64,000 bases of DNA from Pseudogymnoascus verrucosus (Eukaryota): the NCBI GenBank assembly GCA_001662655.1, contig KV460208.1; one strand, written 5' to 3'. Of the stretch, positions 1 through 11,994 are shown piece by piece. Made by a program: the position numbers and the translations under genes. The notes beneath the pieces are model-generated. The model was not told where the DNA came from, ran no database searches, and saw only the letters and a program-made list of their open reading frames with translations. The stretch's first letter is position 1; every line of letters starts with the position of its first letter.

Positions 1-447
1 GCGTTGGACATGGCGTCACACCATGTGCCAACGTCGGGTCCCTCATCCTACTCTAGCAAGAGCTCCGGGTCCAGGGCCGGGCCTTTCGTGTGGTCGAGCA
101 CGGCGACTAGCTCCTATACCAGTAGCGCAAGTGGTACATCGCCATTGCCACAGTCTGCAGGGCTAGCTGTTGCACCAACCAAGATGGCAATCGGGACATT
201 TGATGTCGACGACTTGCATGTTCAGATCGCCTTGAAGATCCAGTTGCTCTTAGGCGAGATGAGAAGAGCCGGTCGTCTGATTGAACTATTTATTACTTCG
301 CATAACACCGGTGGCGAATGTCTTACCGATAAATCTACTCATGGCGGCATTGATAGTTTGTATATAAGTCTAGATTCGTGGCTAAAGGGTGAGCATTCCA
401 CGATATCTAATATGATGAGGTTGAAATTGAGGGAGCTTAGCACTTGA
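1..447 (+). CDS. 3' part of probable pathway-specific transcription factor (AflR-like C-terminal region); 5' end outside window
   Basis: Open frame from the window edge to TGA 445-447. Ser-rich region followed by ...MAIGTFDVDDLHVQIALKIQLLLGEMRRAGRLIELF...LDSWLKGEH..., resembling C-termini of cluster Zn2Cys6 regulators. The DNA-binding domain is not visible, so the call is inferred from resemblance and context. Confidence 0.55.
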   Translation, partial: ALDMASHHVPTSGPSSYSSKSSGSRAGPFVWSSTATSSYTSSASGTSPLPQSAGLAVAPTKMAIGTFDVDDLHVQIALKIQLLLGEMRRAGRLIELFITSHNTGGECLTDKSTHGGIDSLYISLDSWLKGEHSTISNMMRLKLRELST

Positions 448-1189
448 ATAGATAAAAGATTTCTTTTTAGAGTTAGAGAAGAATCAAGATTTGCCCACCA
501 AATTTTGGTTCCAGTTGCTTCCAGCAGATGCGCCATCCATCTGCCACCTCTTTATACTTTATGCATGCCGCACATATTCCGAAGACCCCGCGAATGAATC
601 AATTTCACGAGAATATGCTGCACCAGTAAATGGGCATTTCCTACCAGAGAAGGCATTTCGGAGAACAATGGCATATGAGACCAATGGAATATATCCCGAA
701 AGGAGGCATAATTTCGGGATATAAAACACCTCGAGAACCAGTGACACTCGCGGTTGGGCCCAAGTGCATATTGCAGTGGGGTACATAGGGCAGGACCCCA
801 GCAGGATGCCTCGAAGGAAAGCCTTGGCAATATATAAAGTCTAGGGAAATATTAGGTAAATGAAGTTTAAAGATCGATGTAGTCCTTCTTGGTCTCTCCG
901 ATAGTCCATGCCTCATTAACGGTACTGAGAAGCACGTATACTTTCCGCAAAAATATCAACGATGGGATAATTTATGTCGGAGATAATACACCATCAGGCT
1001 TTCACAATATCAACTTCTGCCATCTGTTTAGAATAGAGCCTTACGTCTTGATGGTAGAAATACGGTTGGCTTTGTGCCTAAGAATCATGGTGCAACACAC
1101 AACAAGTATATGGTTGTGTAGTCAAGTATAGAGGTAGTGTAACGTCTCCTCAGCCAACATCTTATTTATATTAAATACCCGAGGCCATT

Positions 1190-2679
1190 TCAGCTATTGT
1201 GTGAGCTACAAGCGACCTCTAAAACAGACATGGCACTACCAAACGGTTGGACAACATTGACCAGCTGCAGATTTGGATCGGTAGCAGCAAGCAGATTTTC
1301 CCAATCCTCCAAATCTCTCTCTTTACTGTTGAAAGCCTGCATCATGGTCAGGTCTCTGACGCGTACGATACGCTCTACAGAAACTGGCACCGACCCTGGC
1401 GCTGGAAGCACCGTGTCCATGATAAGTAACCTCGAATTTGGTCTGTCGGCCATAGCCGCGACGATGCTTCTGATAATAGTGGCAGCTTCATTGTCAGGCC
1501 AATCGTGGAGGATCATTCTAAGGAGATATACATCTGCGCCACGCACTGGCTGCGGCTGCATAAAATCGTGCGCTTGGAAGGTAAGGCGAGATGCAACATC
1601 AGCAGGCAATGACTCTGCCGCTTTTTGCCCAATGTCTACGTTTGCAGGCAGGTCTTCTACCACAAAGTTGAGATTGGGAAATGCCTTGGCAAGCTCTATA
1701 GCAGCGCCGCCAGTGGATCCTCCGACCTATGCAGAGCGACAAGATTAGCAGAGTCCGCACCACGGGGTATAGTTTAGTCTTTCTGGAAATAAAACTCACA
1801 TCGACGACTGTCCCATTATCACAGATATCACTCCATTGGTAACCAGCCACAAGATGTTTGAAGTCAACGCCTTCGCTGCTCCTCACATTCCGCATGTACC
1901 TCGCAAACTCGCCCATCTTTTCTTTGTCCCGCGAAAGGTGATCGAAGAATGGCAGATCAGTGTCGAAGGCAACATTGTACGCCGTCTCATACGTGCGCGT
2001 GCTGTCGGCTCCCCACCGCTTCTGCGCCTCTGCCATGTGAATCGCGGTCGGTGCTGACTTGGCGCACATGTAGGTAGCATAGGCGTACACATCTTCGTTA
2101 CGTGCTAGTAGCGCCGACGTCGCAGAGTGGCCGACGTGTTTTCCGTTTGGCTGCTCACGGAATAGTGAGTTGGTGAGTACCATGCGGATGATGCTCTTGA
2201 GGCGCTGCTCAGGGACGCTGGCTGCAGTAGCAAGTTCTGCATAGCTAATCGTGCTGTCTAGGGGCACAAGGTGGAAAATCTTGTATTGGCAAAGCCACGA
2301 GAGACAGGAGACGTATTGGAACTTTGAATTGTGAGCATAAGTACGTCTTACTATGGTATTAGAGAGAGGATTAATCAAGACTTACACCCGTAGCGAGGTT
2401 GGGCAAGAACTCGCTGGGCCCAATTGCAAGCTGCAGAATCTCAAGAGCTGCTGCAATAATCTCTTGGCGTGCTTGTTGAACTTTCTGTGGCGAACCACTA
2501 GGGAGGATAGTACTTGGCCCGTCGCTCTCTCGAGATGGCTGAGGAAGGTGGTTTGCCTCAAGATAATGGCTAACTATACTGGCATTCTTGGTTATAACCC
2601 AGCTCAGCCCCTCTAGAGGGAAAGCTGTTTGCGACACGCCGTTTGGTTGCTCAAGAGACATATTGGAAAGCACAGACAT
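1190..2679 (-). CDS. SAM-dependent O-methyltransferase (AurJ/Bik3/Fsr2/CTB2-like family)
   Basis: Exons 2679-2386, 2321-1800, 1726-1190, with GT-AG introns 2385-2322 and 1799-1727. Spliced SAM motif VVDVGGSTG; also ETAYNVAFDTDLPFFDHL, YLLRMILHDWPD, LLIMDTVLPAPG and RDLTMMQAFNSKER. Confidence 0.92.
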
Positions 2680-2876
2680 AGACTCTCGTACTATCTAGTT
2701 GGGGGTAATTATCTAACTCCAGTTAGTATTATAGAATATTCTCCTTAACATAACATCTCTTTTCAATAACATCGTCGGTTGTTGTTTGCCTTCATTCGCG
2801 TATACTAACACACCAATTGATGATTCCCGTCTAATTCACGGTACCTGCAGTATAGCTGTGTCACCCTGTTTCCCGA

Positions 2877-2890
2877 TCGGCACCCGAAGC
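2877..2890. promoter_or_regulatory. AflR-type palindrome TCG-N5-CGA (TCGGCACCCGAAGC) in divergent O-methyltransferase/monooxygenase promoter
   Basis: Matches the known AflR consensus TCGN5CGA. A near-identical extended copy is at 10740. Confidence 0.5.
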
Positions 2891-3474
2891 AGAGGTTCGT
2901 TGTGAGGCGGGGCTTATTGTAAGACGGGGTTCTATTTACGCAGGGGTTCTAACGTCACCTACCTTAGCGGCGGGATCTGCAAGCAATGGGGGCAATGGGG
3001 CTTAGCTAACATGGGATTATGTTCCGAGACTAAAGATAGACTGAAGAGTGTAGATCGGCGACCTAACAGTAATACTGTAACCCGCTGCAAAGGATGTGCT
3101 GCTTCCTCCTCGTAAAATGCTATCTGTCCAAAGAGGTGGCAGTGCATGGTCTGGGAAATAACCCGACGAAGCAATTCTTACTTGTAGGATTTTGCAACGC
3201 TATGGCCGTGTATGTCCGGAGCGGAGAAGGTTCTAAATCCGATGAGGAAACACATAGAACATCCTGCCGCGCAGCCTCGGGCACATCGAGTCCCAATCCA
3301 TGACCGGGGGAGAACTATTGGCGGGTAGCGTTTTAATTGTCACTGATATATCTCACATAAACGTACATATATATATCACGAGAATAGTAATCTACAATAC
3401 TGCAAAGCCCCCCCTAAGTCAATTTTGGCGCCTCGAGCTTGACGTGCTTTGCGAAAAGGATTTCTCTACACAAG

Positions 3475-5338
3475 ATGGATCCTAACGATACGCAGCCAGA
3501 TGTAACGCAAGCAAATGGCACGGTGCCAGATGCTGTGAAGACAGATGTTACTCAACCAGCTGTTGTGCAGCCAGATGTTGGCGCTGAGCCAGATTTGACG
3601 CATCCCAAAACTACGAATTCAAATGTTAATGGCCTAAACGACACGCTTCCAAACGGCAATTATGTAAACGATATGGCGCCAATTGCTACGAAAGCAAATG
3701 GAATTGAGCCAAGTGGTACGAATTCGAACAGTATGAATCCGGATGGCAAGAATCCAAATGATACGGCTGATAGTCCCGAAGAATCTGCTCGGAGAGGCAT
3801 CGACGCCACAGTGATGCGTTACCCCGAAACTGGCATTGACGTTCTCATTGTGGGCGCCGGTTTGGGCGGCCTTACTTGCGCTTTGGAGTGTTGGCGGAAA
3901 GGCCATAATGTCCAGATACTGGACCGAAGCCCAGGTCCCATCATGACTGGCGACAACGTCCAAATCCAGCCGAGTGCCATCTTGCTCCTCCGCCATTGGC
4001 CCGAGATGGGGTATCAGATTGAGCGCGACCAATACGATGTCGTCATGTCATATTACAAGCAGACGGGCGAGCGCATATACGGTCCAGCGCCACCTATGTT
4101 TAATGACCCAGAGAATATCGTTGGTCGACGAGGCTTTCCCTCGGTCAACGCCCACAGCCGCGTGAAGCTATACCGCGCATTTCTAGAACAAGCAGAGCGT
4201 GTTGGGCTGAAGGTCGAATGGGGCAAGAAGGCCGTCGAGTTTTGGGAGGATAGTCACCGTGGCCTCGGAGGCGTTGTTCTCGAAAATGGTGAGATACGCA
4301 CTGGCGATATTGTCGTTGCGGCCGATGGCCTCAGGACCAAATCCAGCAAAATCGTTGGAGGAATGGACAAAGAGTTGAGGACGAGTGGAAAGGCAATTTA
4401 CAGGGCAGGGTACCCCATAGAACACGCGCTGCGTGACCCAATTGTGCAGGAACAGTGGGGTTTCAAGACTAACGAGCGGCCTATATGGCAGTTTTGGTTG
4501 GGGTCAGTTCCTTCCAGCCATATTACGCGCCAGCGGCTAACAACTGTGTAGGAACGGCGCCCATGCCATGGTTGCGCTTACGCAGGACATGGCATTCTGG
4601 AGTTTTATCCATTCGGTATGTTCCCTGAGACTATTTATAAATGTATGCTTACCCGCTTAATTGCAGCATGACGATTCAGCCACCGAGTCCTGGGTTCCAG
4701 ACGTCGACCCATCGGAAGTACTTGCCGTAATGGAGAAAGAAGTTCCCGTGCACCCCGCTATTGCAGCATTTATTAAAACGGCGCCGAAAGGCTCCATTGT
4801 CAACTGGCAGCTTAAGTTCCGTGATCCTCATGAGGATTGGACCTCACCTAACGGACGAGTTGTGCAGTTGGGTGATGCCGCACATGCTTTCCTGCCTACA
4901 TCTGGAAATGGTGCTACCCAAGCCATTGAGGATGGAGTCACTCTCGCGACGTGTTTGCAGCTTGGTGGAAAAGCCCATGCGGCGAACGCGACCAAAGCAT
5001 ACAACAAGCTCCGCTACCAGAGAGTGTCATGTGGGCAGAAGATGGGATTTGTTAACCAGCAATTGAAGCAGCACACCGACTGGGACGCAATCGCGAAGAA
5101 CCCGGCTTTAATCCGCTCTCGTTACCCTCGCTGGGTTTGGTCCCACGACCCAGAGGCTTATGCATATGAGAAGTTTTGCGAGGCACTGAACCATGTGCTT
5201 AGCAATGGGGAGATAGAGTTAAGAAATACCAATTTCCCGCCTGGTCACAAGTTTAGGAAATGGACGATGAAAGAAGTCCAGGAACAGATCAAATCAGGGC
5301 AAAACCTCGAGGATCTCCAGGACGGTGATTGGTCTTGA
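3475..5338 (+). CDS. FAD-dependent monooxygenase (Fsr3/Bik2/MAK1-like aromatic hydroxylase)
   Basis: Exons 3475-4502, 4552-4615, 4667-5338. FAD fingerprints VLIVGAGLGG, DIVVAADG and VVQLGDAAHAFLPTSGNGATQAIEDG. Low-complexity N-terminal extension. Confidence 0.92.
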
Positions 5339-5827
5339 GTCACTAAAGAATCCAGCATAAATGCCGAGAAGCTTGCGGCAGCACAGTCTAACGAAGGCCT
5401 ATAGGCAGTTTACTTATAACTCGTAGGCTCGTTAGATAGCATAGAAATTGTTAAATAGTCTGTTCTAAGATGATATTCATCATTGTATATGGCTGCAATT
5501 TGATGTTATGAAGCAAGTTATATCTAGTGCGAATTGCCCCTCCTCCTAATAAGATAGACAACCCTTTGTAGTCATTGCCTGCAAGCTCAACATTCACAAT
5601 AAACGAAGTAGATCACAAGACGAGGCCATTAGGTGAAAGGGAAGGGTCGAGAGTTAGACATCAGCCAGTTTTATTTGCAATTATTATGTAGGTATTAAAT
5701 GGTGCCTCGTGTCTAACTGTTCCCAAACACCATTTCCGTAGTATGATTACCATAATATGACCCCAACCCAACGCGCTTTTTTTAATCTAAATACGCTTAA
5801 ATCAAATCCTATATCATGAGAAATTCA

Positions 5828-7800
5828 TCAAACCTCCTCATTTGATATCCCCGTAGTCCCCCCTACCGCCTTCTCCTCATCAACATGGTCTTTCCTCGCT
5901 TTTTCTTGCTCCGTAAGTCCCGTCCTCGTAACTTGGTGCTCCTTGCTTAATATCTGATTCCCAACAAAGAAGGAAAATAGCAGGCCCACGCCCGCAAACA
6001 CTACATACATAATCCACATTGTCCTCAAACTCTCGAAAAACGCTTGCCGTGCAATAACTTGTTGTGGTGGGGGAAGTTGGTTCACCAAACTAACGCTAGA
6101 TCCCGCTGAGCCACCTTTCAGGGCGTTTGCGGTTCCCACCCCAAGCGAAGTAACGAGAGATGGGTGGCGCCTTTCCATTTCATTTTGGAAAACAACTCCG
6201 CCGATCACTACCGATATCGACGTTGATAGGTTACGTATGAATCCGAAAGTTGCTGTAGCAGTAGCAATGTCTGTTGGCTTCACCATGGTCTGTAGGGCAA
6301 TGAGAGGTGACTGAAAGTTCGGTCCCACACCAATGCCAGCGATAATTTGGAAGATTATAATTTTAACCCAAGTTTTGTCGACATCTAGATCAATGAGGAG
6401 ACCTATTCCGAGAGGAAAAATAATCGAACCGAACAAGATTGCGATGAGGTATTTGCCGGTTTTCTTTATCCAGATTCCTGTCCCCGCTGAGACAACCGAG
6501 AGGGAGAGCGCGAATGGAAGCAGATAGAGTCCTGAGAGAAGGGGCGTGGCGCCTAAAACGGCTTGAAAGTAGAGAGGTAGGTAGTAAGATACCGCGATGA
6601 AGACGAAACCGTGGCAAAAGCAGACACCGAGGGAGGCGATGTTGGAGGTGTGCTTAAAGAGTCGGAGTGGCATGACCGGATATTGTGCGAATTTCCATTC
6701 GTTGAGGACGAATAGGACTGCCACAACCACTCCAAAAACAATAAGGCATATTACTTTTGGAGAGTTCCAGGGGAATGCGACTCCTCCAAATTCGAGTCCA
6801 AGGAGCAGCATCAATGTCCCACCAACAATCAGTAGGCTGCCAGCCCAATCCACAGCCTTTAATCCTTCCCAGGCAGGTGTTCTCGGATTATGTAGGTGTA
6901 GGAAGAAGAAAAGTAGGATAATAACAGTGCCAGTAATGGGTACTAAATCGGAAGTTAGCATTTGTCATATAGCTCGTAAAATAGTAGGCAATGGATGGAG
7001 ATAATCGTTTTATAACACGGCCCAGGACGGTCGTTAGGTAGCGACTCACAGTTGATATAAAAACACCACCTCCAGCTGACTTTCTCCGTGAACACCCCTC
7101 CTAGTATCGGACCTATCGTAGAAGCAAACGCCCACACCATCCCAATGACCCCAAAATATTTACCCCGATCCCGCATACTAAACAAATCGCTTATACAAAT
7201 ATTCACCAAGACAATTAGCCCTCCTCCACCCGTTCCCTGAATCGCTCGCGCAGTAATCAACATCCCAATATTCACTGCTGTTGCAGCGAGGAGAGAGCCG
7301 ATAAAGAATATAGCCGCCGCGGCGAGCAGAATGGGCTTCCTACCCCAGATATCAGAGAATTTTCCCCATGAAGGTGTAGAGGCTGCATTTGCAAGGAGAT
7401 ACGCGGAGCCAATCCAGGTATAGCCTGCATTTGAGTGAAAATGTTCTGATATTGTGGGTAGGGCGGTGGTGATTATCGTATTGTCCAGAGCAGCGAGGAA
7501 GACAGATATGCCGAGCGAGCCCATAATAATTGCTGTCTCGAGCGTCGTGCGCGCGGCTTCAGGGGATGAGGCATTATTTGCGGCCTGGTCAGGTTTCATC
7601 GGTGCAGCGCCAGATTCGCCTTCAAAACTTGTTGTGAGAGAGCTATCTGGGCTATTTTTTGGAGGCGGAAACGCTTGGTTTCCATTCAATTGGCTTTCCG
7701 GCGTGGTTCCATTGTCTAGAGCGGACTGAGCTTCACGTTCCAGCTCCGTGTCATTCCTGTGCCTCTCATCCATTGTCGTTGTACGTAGAATGGTTTTCAT
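5828..7800 (-). CDS. MFS drug:H+ antiporter, DHA2 (14-TM) type efflux pump
   Basis: Exons 7800 (or ATG 7773)-7050 and 6942-5828. Motifs FLAALDNTIITTALPTI, WIGSAYLLA, GKFSDIWGRK, GPILGG, WRWCFYINLP (across the splice) and YYLPLYFQAVLG. Confidence 0.93.
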
Positions 7801-8120
7801 CGAAACAGTTAAAGCACTTGCTATGAAGACAGCATGGTATATGGGCCATATTGGCCGACCCTCGGATATGTTACAGTTTTACGTAGTTTAGCTATTTTGC
7901 CCGATGAGCTACAATCTCTCTCGTATTGACAGGGGCATGCGGGGTAGCTCTGAAGCTTAGACCCTCTCTTTCGCCAATCGGACAATGGAGCCTTGGTGGG
8001 GAACGCGACGGGGATCGTGCTGGGATGGTGGTGGAGATCATCGGGGTTCAAAGCTTCAGCCCTATTCGCTGACTAATTTATTACCTGTATTGGCGCAAAA
8101 CATGGACGACAATCCAACAC

Positions 8121-8160
8121 GGTGTTTAGAGGGGGTTTAGAGGGGGTTTAGGGATTTAGA
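8121..8160. repeat. Short G-rich tandem repeat (GTTTAGAGGGG, about 3 copies)
   Basis: gtttagagggggtttagagggggtttagggatttaga in the MFS/SDR divergent promoter. Confidence 0.7.
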
Positions 8161-8476
8161 GACGACAACCACTTACATCCACTCTGAGGCGTTTCAACTT
8201 AACTCCGGAGGGTCGTATCTCCTCAATCCTTGAATTAAGCACCGCTTGGCTTATGTTCCTGCCTAGTACTCTTGTCAACAACGCGACGCGATCAGCGGCT
8301 GGCCGTTGGACTATGCGATGCGATGCGACCAACAGCCGGCTGTTGGGATACGTATATTCAGGTATAAATAGTATGATGAGCTGCATGCTTGACTTTTAAT
8401 TAAAGACTATTTTCCAGCAACGTTCGATCTGTGACTTCTCCAACCAACCCATCTAATATTATCCAACCTGTTCACA

Positions 8477-9277
8477 ATGGCTGCAACTTTAGGCAAGTAT
8501 GTTTCGAAGCTCGCGGGCGCACGGTGCCTAGTCATCGGTGGATCCTCCGGAATCGGTTTCGGTGTTGCTGAAGCCCTCATCCAGAACGGCGCTTCCTCTG
8601 TCACTATCTCGTCCTCCTCAACCGCCAAGATTTCCAGCGCCTTAGAGCGCCTCAAGAGCGGAAACGCCTCTTCCACAGCTCAGATCCAAGGTTTCCCATG
8701 CGACCTGGGTTCCCCAGAAACGCTCACCTCGGAGGTCGAGAAGCTCTTCGCCGAGGTTGCCAAGGCTGGAAAGCTTGACCACGTCGTCTTCACAGCTGGC
8801 GATGCTCTGGCGGTCGGCAAACTTGAAGACTTCAAGCTCGATGCCGTCAGGCAGGCTGGTACTGTGCGCTTCTTTGCCCCACTCGTTGTTGCGCAACAAC
8901 TTCGCAAGCACTTGAATGACGGCCCCGCGGCATCATACACCATCACCACTGGCGGCGCATCGGAGCATGTTTCAAAAGACTGGACCGTCATGCAGGCATA
9001 TCTATCCGGCCTCCGTGGCATGACCAGAGGCTTAGCCGTCGATCTGGCGCCCATTAGAGTCAATGCGGTCGGATTAGGACCAGTTGAGACGGAGATTTGG
9101 AATCACGTGAAGGAGATTGGCTACTGGGACAACGTGACAGGTCGTCTCAAGGGAAGGATGACCACCGGACAAATCGGTCAAGTCGAAGACGTGGTGGAGG
9201 CATATTTGTACCTGATGAGGGATAAGAACGTTTCGGGAAGCGTTATTGAGAGTACTGGGGGCACTCTGCTGTCATAG
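8477..9277 (+). CDS. Short-chain dehydrogenase/reductase (atypical SDR)
   Basis: Single exon, 266 aa. Rossmann motif LVIGGSSGIG; LDHVVFTAGD, RGLAVDLAPIRVNAV, GPVETEIW and VEDVVEAYLYLM. Confidence 0.9.
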   Translation: MAATLGKYVSKLAGARCLVIGGSSGIGFGVAEALIQNGASSVTISSSSTAKISSALERLKSGNASSTAQIQGFPCDLGSPETLTSEVEKLFAEVAKAGKLDHVVFTAGDALAVGKLEDFKLDAVRQAGTVRFFAPLVVAQQLRKHLNDGPAASYTITTGGASEHVSKDWTVMQAYLSGLRGMTRGLAVDLAPIRVNAVGLGPVETEIWNHVKEIGYWDNVTGRLKGRMTTGQIGQVEDVVEAYLYLMRDKNVSGSVIESTGGTLLS

Positions 9278-9573
9278 CTACATATATAGTTGAAGGGGTG
9301 TAGGGCCATTTAGATTCAGGTCTAGTCGCCAATATAGAGCAATGTAGCATAAAGAAGTGTCACACTGTATCTTAAAGCCGTACAATAGTTGATAAGCCAA
9401 AGGCAATTTGTGACTCGATTATTTTCTCTCATTTTTTTATCTGCGCGTAGAAAAATATTTTTACTGAATACATCATACAAAACAATATACTTTGAAAACA
9501 TGTTGTAGATAATGGACTTATTCTAGTTTGCTAACTCCGTCTGTAACGTTCAATCTTTCTTGTATACTTATCA

Positions 9574-10568
9574 TTACTCTCCTTCTGTTGCCATCAGAAC
9601 ACACCACTCCACCAGCTCTGCAATAGTTTTAGAAACGTCCCGCTTGCGGGGAATCTCATGCCCGCCGCCGTGATCAAACGTCCTCCGAACCGTCTCATCG
9701 CAAAACTGTGCCATCGTTATGCTTGCCGGGAATCGCGGATCCTTCGCCCCATAGACATGCACTGTCGGGATTTGAATCTTCATTTGGCGGGGGATACGCG
9801 CCACATCAATCCCGAATACCATCCCTCGCTTGTCGAATCCCTCCGTTTGATAGGTAGAGTAATCATTAAGCCCTGAGCCCCAGCGCTCACGTCCATTGCG
9901 GAGGATGGCCTCGGTGGATGCTTGTTGTTGTAGGGCGACCTTGGATGACCGATCCAGATCGCGAGCTTCGGCAGTTACCTCAACTCCGAGCGATGCGAGG
10001 ACGTCGAGGGGAACGCCGCCGCATATGAATATGGCGGCTTTGAAGAGCGGTGGGGAATTCGGATACAGTGACTGGTTGTAGAGGAGGAGTGAGCTAGCCA
10101 TGGAGCACCCTTGGGAGAAGCACATGACGGCGTCGTATGGGCCATTTTCTGGGTTTGTTAGAGGTTGATGGTTGATCTGGGTTTATCACAGGGAGTTGGT
10201 GGAGGAATATATTTAACCATACACACCATTGATGTACGCAAGAAGCCACTTGTAACCTTGCTGTAGCGATTCGAGCGTGAGGTGTTCGTACAACTTATAA
10301 TATGGCGGTGGGTGGAATAGGTCGATCCCCGCAGCAGGGCCATCGGAAAAAGGGCCGTTGACGAAGTCGAACTCGTAGGTGTCTGGGAGAAGCTTACGGA
10401 ATGTAGCTGTAGCATCATGAGCATCTCTTTGTAAATTAATTGGACTTAGTATTTAAATAATAACATTCATTAAGTCACCGTAATATTTTCGGGAAGTATG
10501 GGCATACCAGTTTGCGATTTAAAGATGCGGCCACTGGTCCCTTTCCCGTGAAGACAAAGGAATCTCAT
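9574..10568 (-). CDS. FSH1/DUF341 serine hydrolase (LovG-like esterase family)
   Basis: Exons 10568-10508, 10406-10227, 10148-9574. N-terminus MRFLCLHGKGTSGRIFKSQT; nucleophile elbow GPYDAVMCFSQG; IPTVHVYGAKD (Asp); DHGGGHEIP (His). Confidence 0.9.
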
Positions 10569-10739
10569 TTTTCAGCGCAAACGTCTTTAGAAAAATAAAA
10601 AACTTGAAATAATAATTGATAATCCAGGAACCCGGCCTTCTACAACCATATTATCAGAACTAATCAAATGTTTTGCAGCCTTTGGGGCTGTCAAACTATC
10701 ACGTTTTCCAATCCTCTTCACCTGTCAGACCCGCGCATT

Positions 10740-10753
10740 TCGGGCCCCGAAGC
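10740..10753. promoter_or_regulatory. AflR-type palindrome TCGGGCCCCGAAGC in divergent hydrolase/enoyl-reductase promoter
   Basis: TCG-N5-CGA with the same AGC flank as the 2877 site. Confidence 0.5.
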
Positions 10754-11022
10754 GGGTTTTGGTAGATTAGTGCCCGCTGCGAATAAAAATAGGGGAATAA
10801 CCATTAAGCATAGTGCAAGGACAATCGATAATCCCCGAAAGTATAAGAATCCTCTTCACACAACTAACAAAATCTGGCGTGCTTCTCACCTAATCTCCCG
10901 AACCCAACTAGAACATTAAGCATCCAAACAAGCTCCACCGTTTCCGACCCAACAATTCAGTAGGATTACTTGATCTCCATCTTGAGGTTACGACTTTTCT
11001 AGGTCTTCAGTACTATACAACC

Positions 11023-11994
11023 ATGGCCAACCTAGCGGCCGTCATCACAGAAGCGAAGGCTCCTCTCGAAGTCTAAGAAGCTGAGGCCTACAAACCCGGC
11101 CCACATGAACTTCTTGTTAGGAATGAAATCATTACATTCCACCCAATCGAATGGAAGATTGCTAAGCTCGCTATCTTCCCGCTCCAATACCCGGCCATTC
11201 TTGGCTCTTTTTTCGGGGGTAGAGTTGAAGCAGTCGGTCCACAAGTTACACGCTTCAAGGTTGGTGACAAAGTAGCCGCAGCTAAAAAATTCGGAGCAGT
11301 CGGCAACCACTATGGTGCCTATCAGAGATATGTGGTGGCCTGGGACAGTATGGCAAGCAAAGTACCAGAGGGTACCGATCTCACCATCCCGGCCAGCTTG
11401 ACAGGGAATTTGGGGTCCGTCATAGGTCTGTTCACCGCAAATGCTGGATTGGACAAGCCTAGTCTTGATGGCTTCGCCTCAGCCAAAAACAATAAGGTTT
11501 TGATTTACGGCGGTTCATCTAGTTTCGGCAGCCTGTCCGTTCAATATGTCTCCGAAGCAGGGTATACCGTGGTCACCACTAGTTCACCAAATCACAAGGA
11601 GTTTGTGTAAAGGCGTAGGCCCAGGGTCACACGGGAGTTCAGGGAACCAGATCAGAAGGCAGGAACATGAGGTTATATAGCGTAACAATAGGTCTACCTG
11701 TATACAGCGACTATTGACTGCAGTCCTCGACTGAGGCTCCAGCCCCTGATATATCCTCCCATACCGTGAGCCCTAATAGCCGGGCTATATCCGAATGGCA
11801 GCTCCACCGTAGGGCTGCCATCGGCGTAGCGCCCCACGTGCCATCACGTGAGGGCCGCCTTACAGTTTGTTTCCAAACTAGGTGTGGTAAAGGTCGTCGA
11901 TCACACACAAGAACAGGGCGCTCTGGTTGAGGCACTTGTTTCCGAGGGACCTTACGACCTTATAGTCCATGTCGATCTATCTAGCCTTGTATAA
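11023..11994 (+). pseudogene. Medium-chain dehydrogenase / trans-enoyl-reductase-like pseudogene
   Basis: ATG 11023 gives MANLAAVITEAKAPLEV*EAEAYKPGPHELLVRN...YPAILG...VEAVGPQVTRFKVGDKV...VLIYGGSSSFG. In-frame TAA at 11074-11076. Interrupted by the insertion at 11606-11864; the frame resumes (VSKLGVVKVVDH...EGPYDLIV) and ends early at TAA 11992-11994. Confidence 0.88.
11606..11864. mobile_element. Solo LTR (259 bp) of an LTR retrotransposon
   Basis: Starts TGTAAAGGCG and ends CGCCTTACA (TG...CA with short terminal inverted repeat). Flanked by direct repeat GTTTG at 11601-11605 and 11865-11869. Removing it restores the host reading frame. Confidence 0.85.

Noticed and set aside
8121..8160. 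Interstitial telomere
   Set aside because: Only one true TTAGGG; the unit is an 11-bp variant in about three copies.
11074..11076. Programmed stop-codon readthrough in the enoyl-reductase gene
   Set aside because: The same gene also carries an LTR insertion and truncation, so decay is the simpler explanation.
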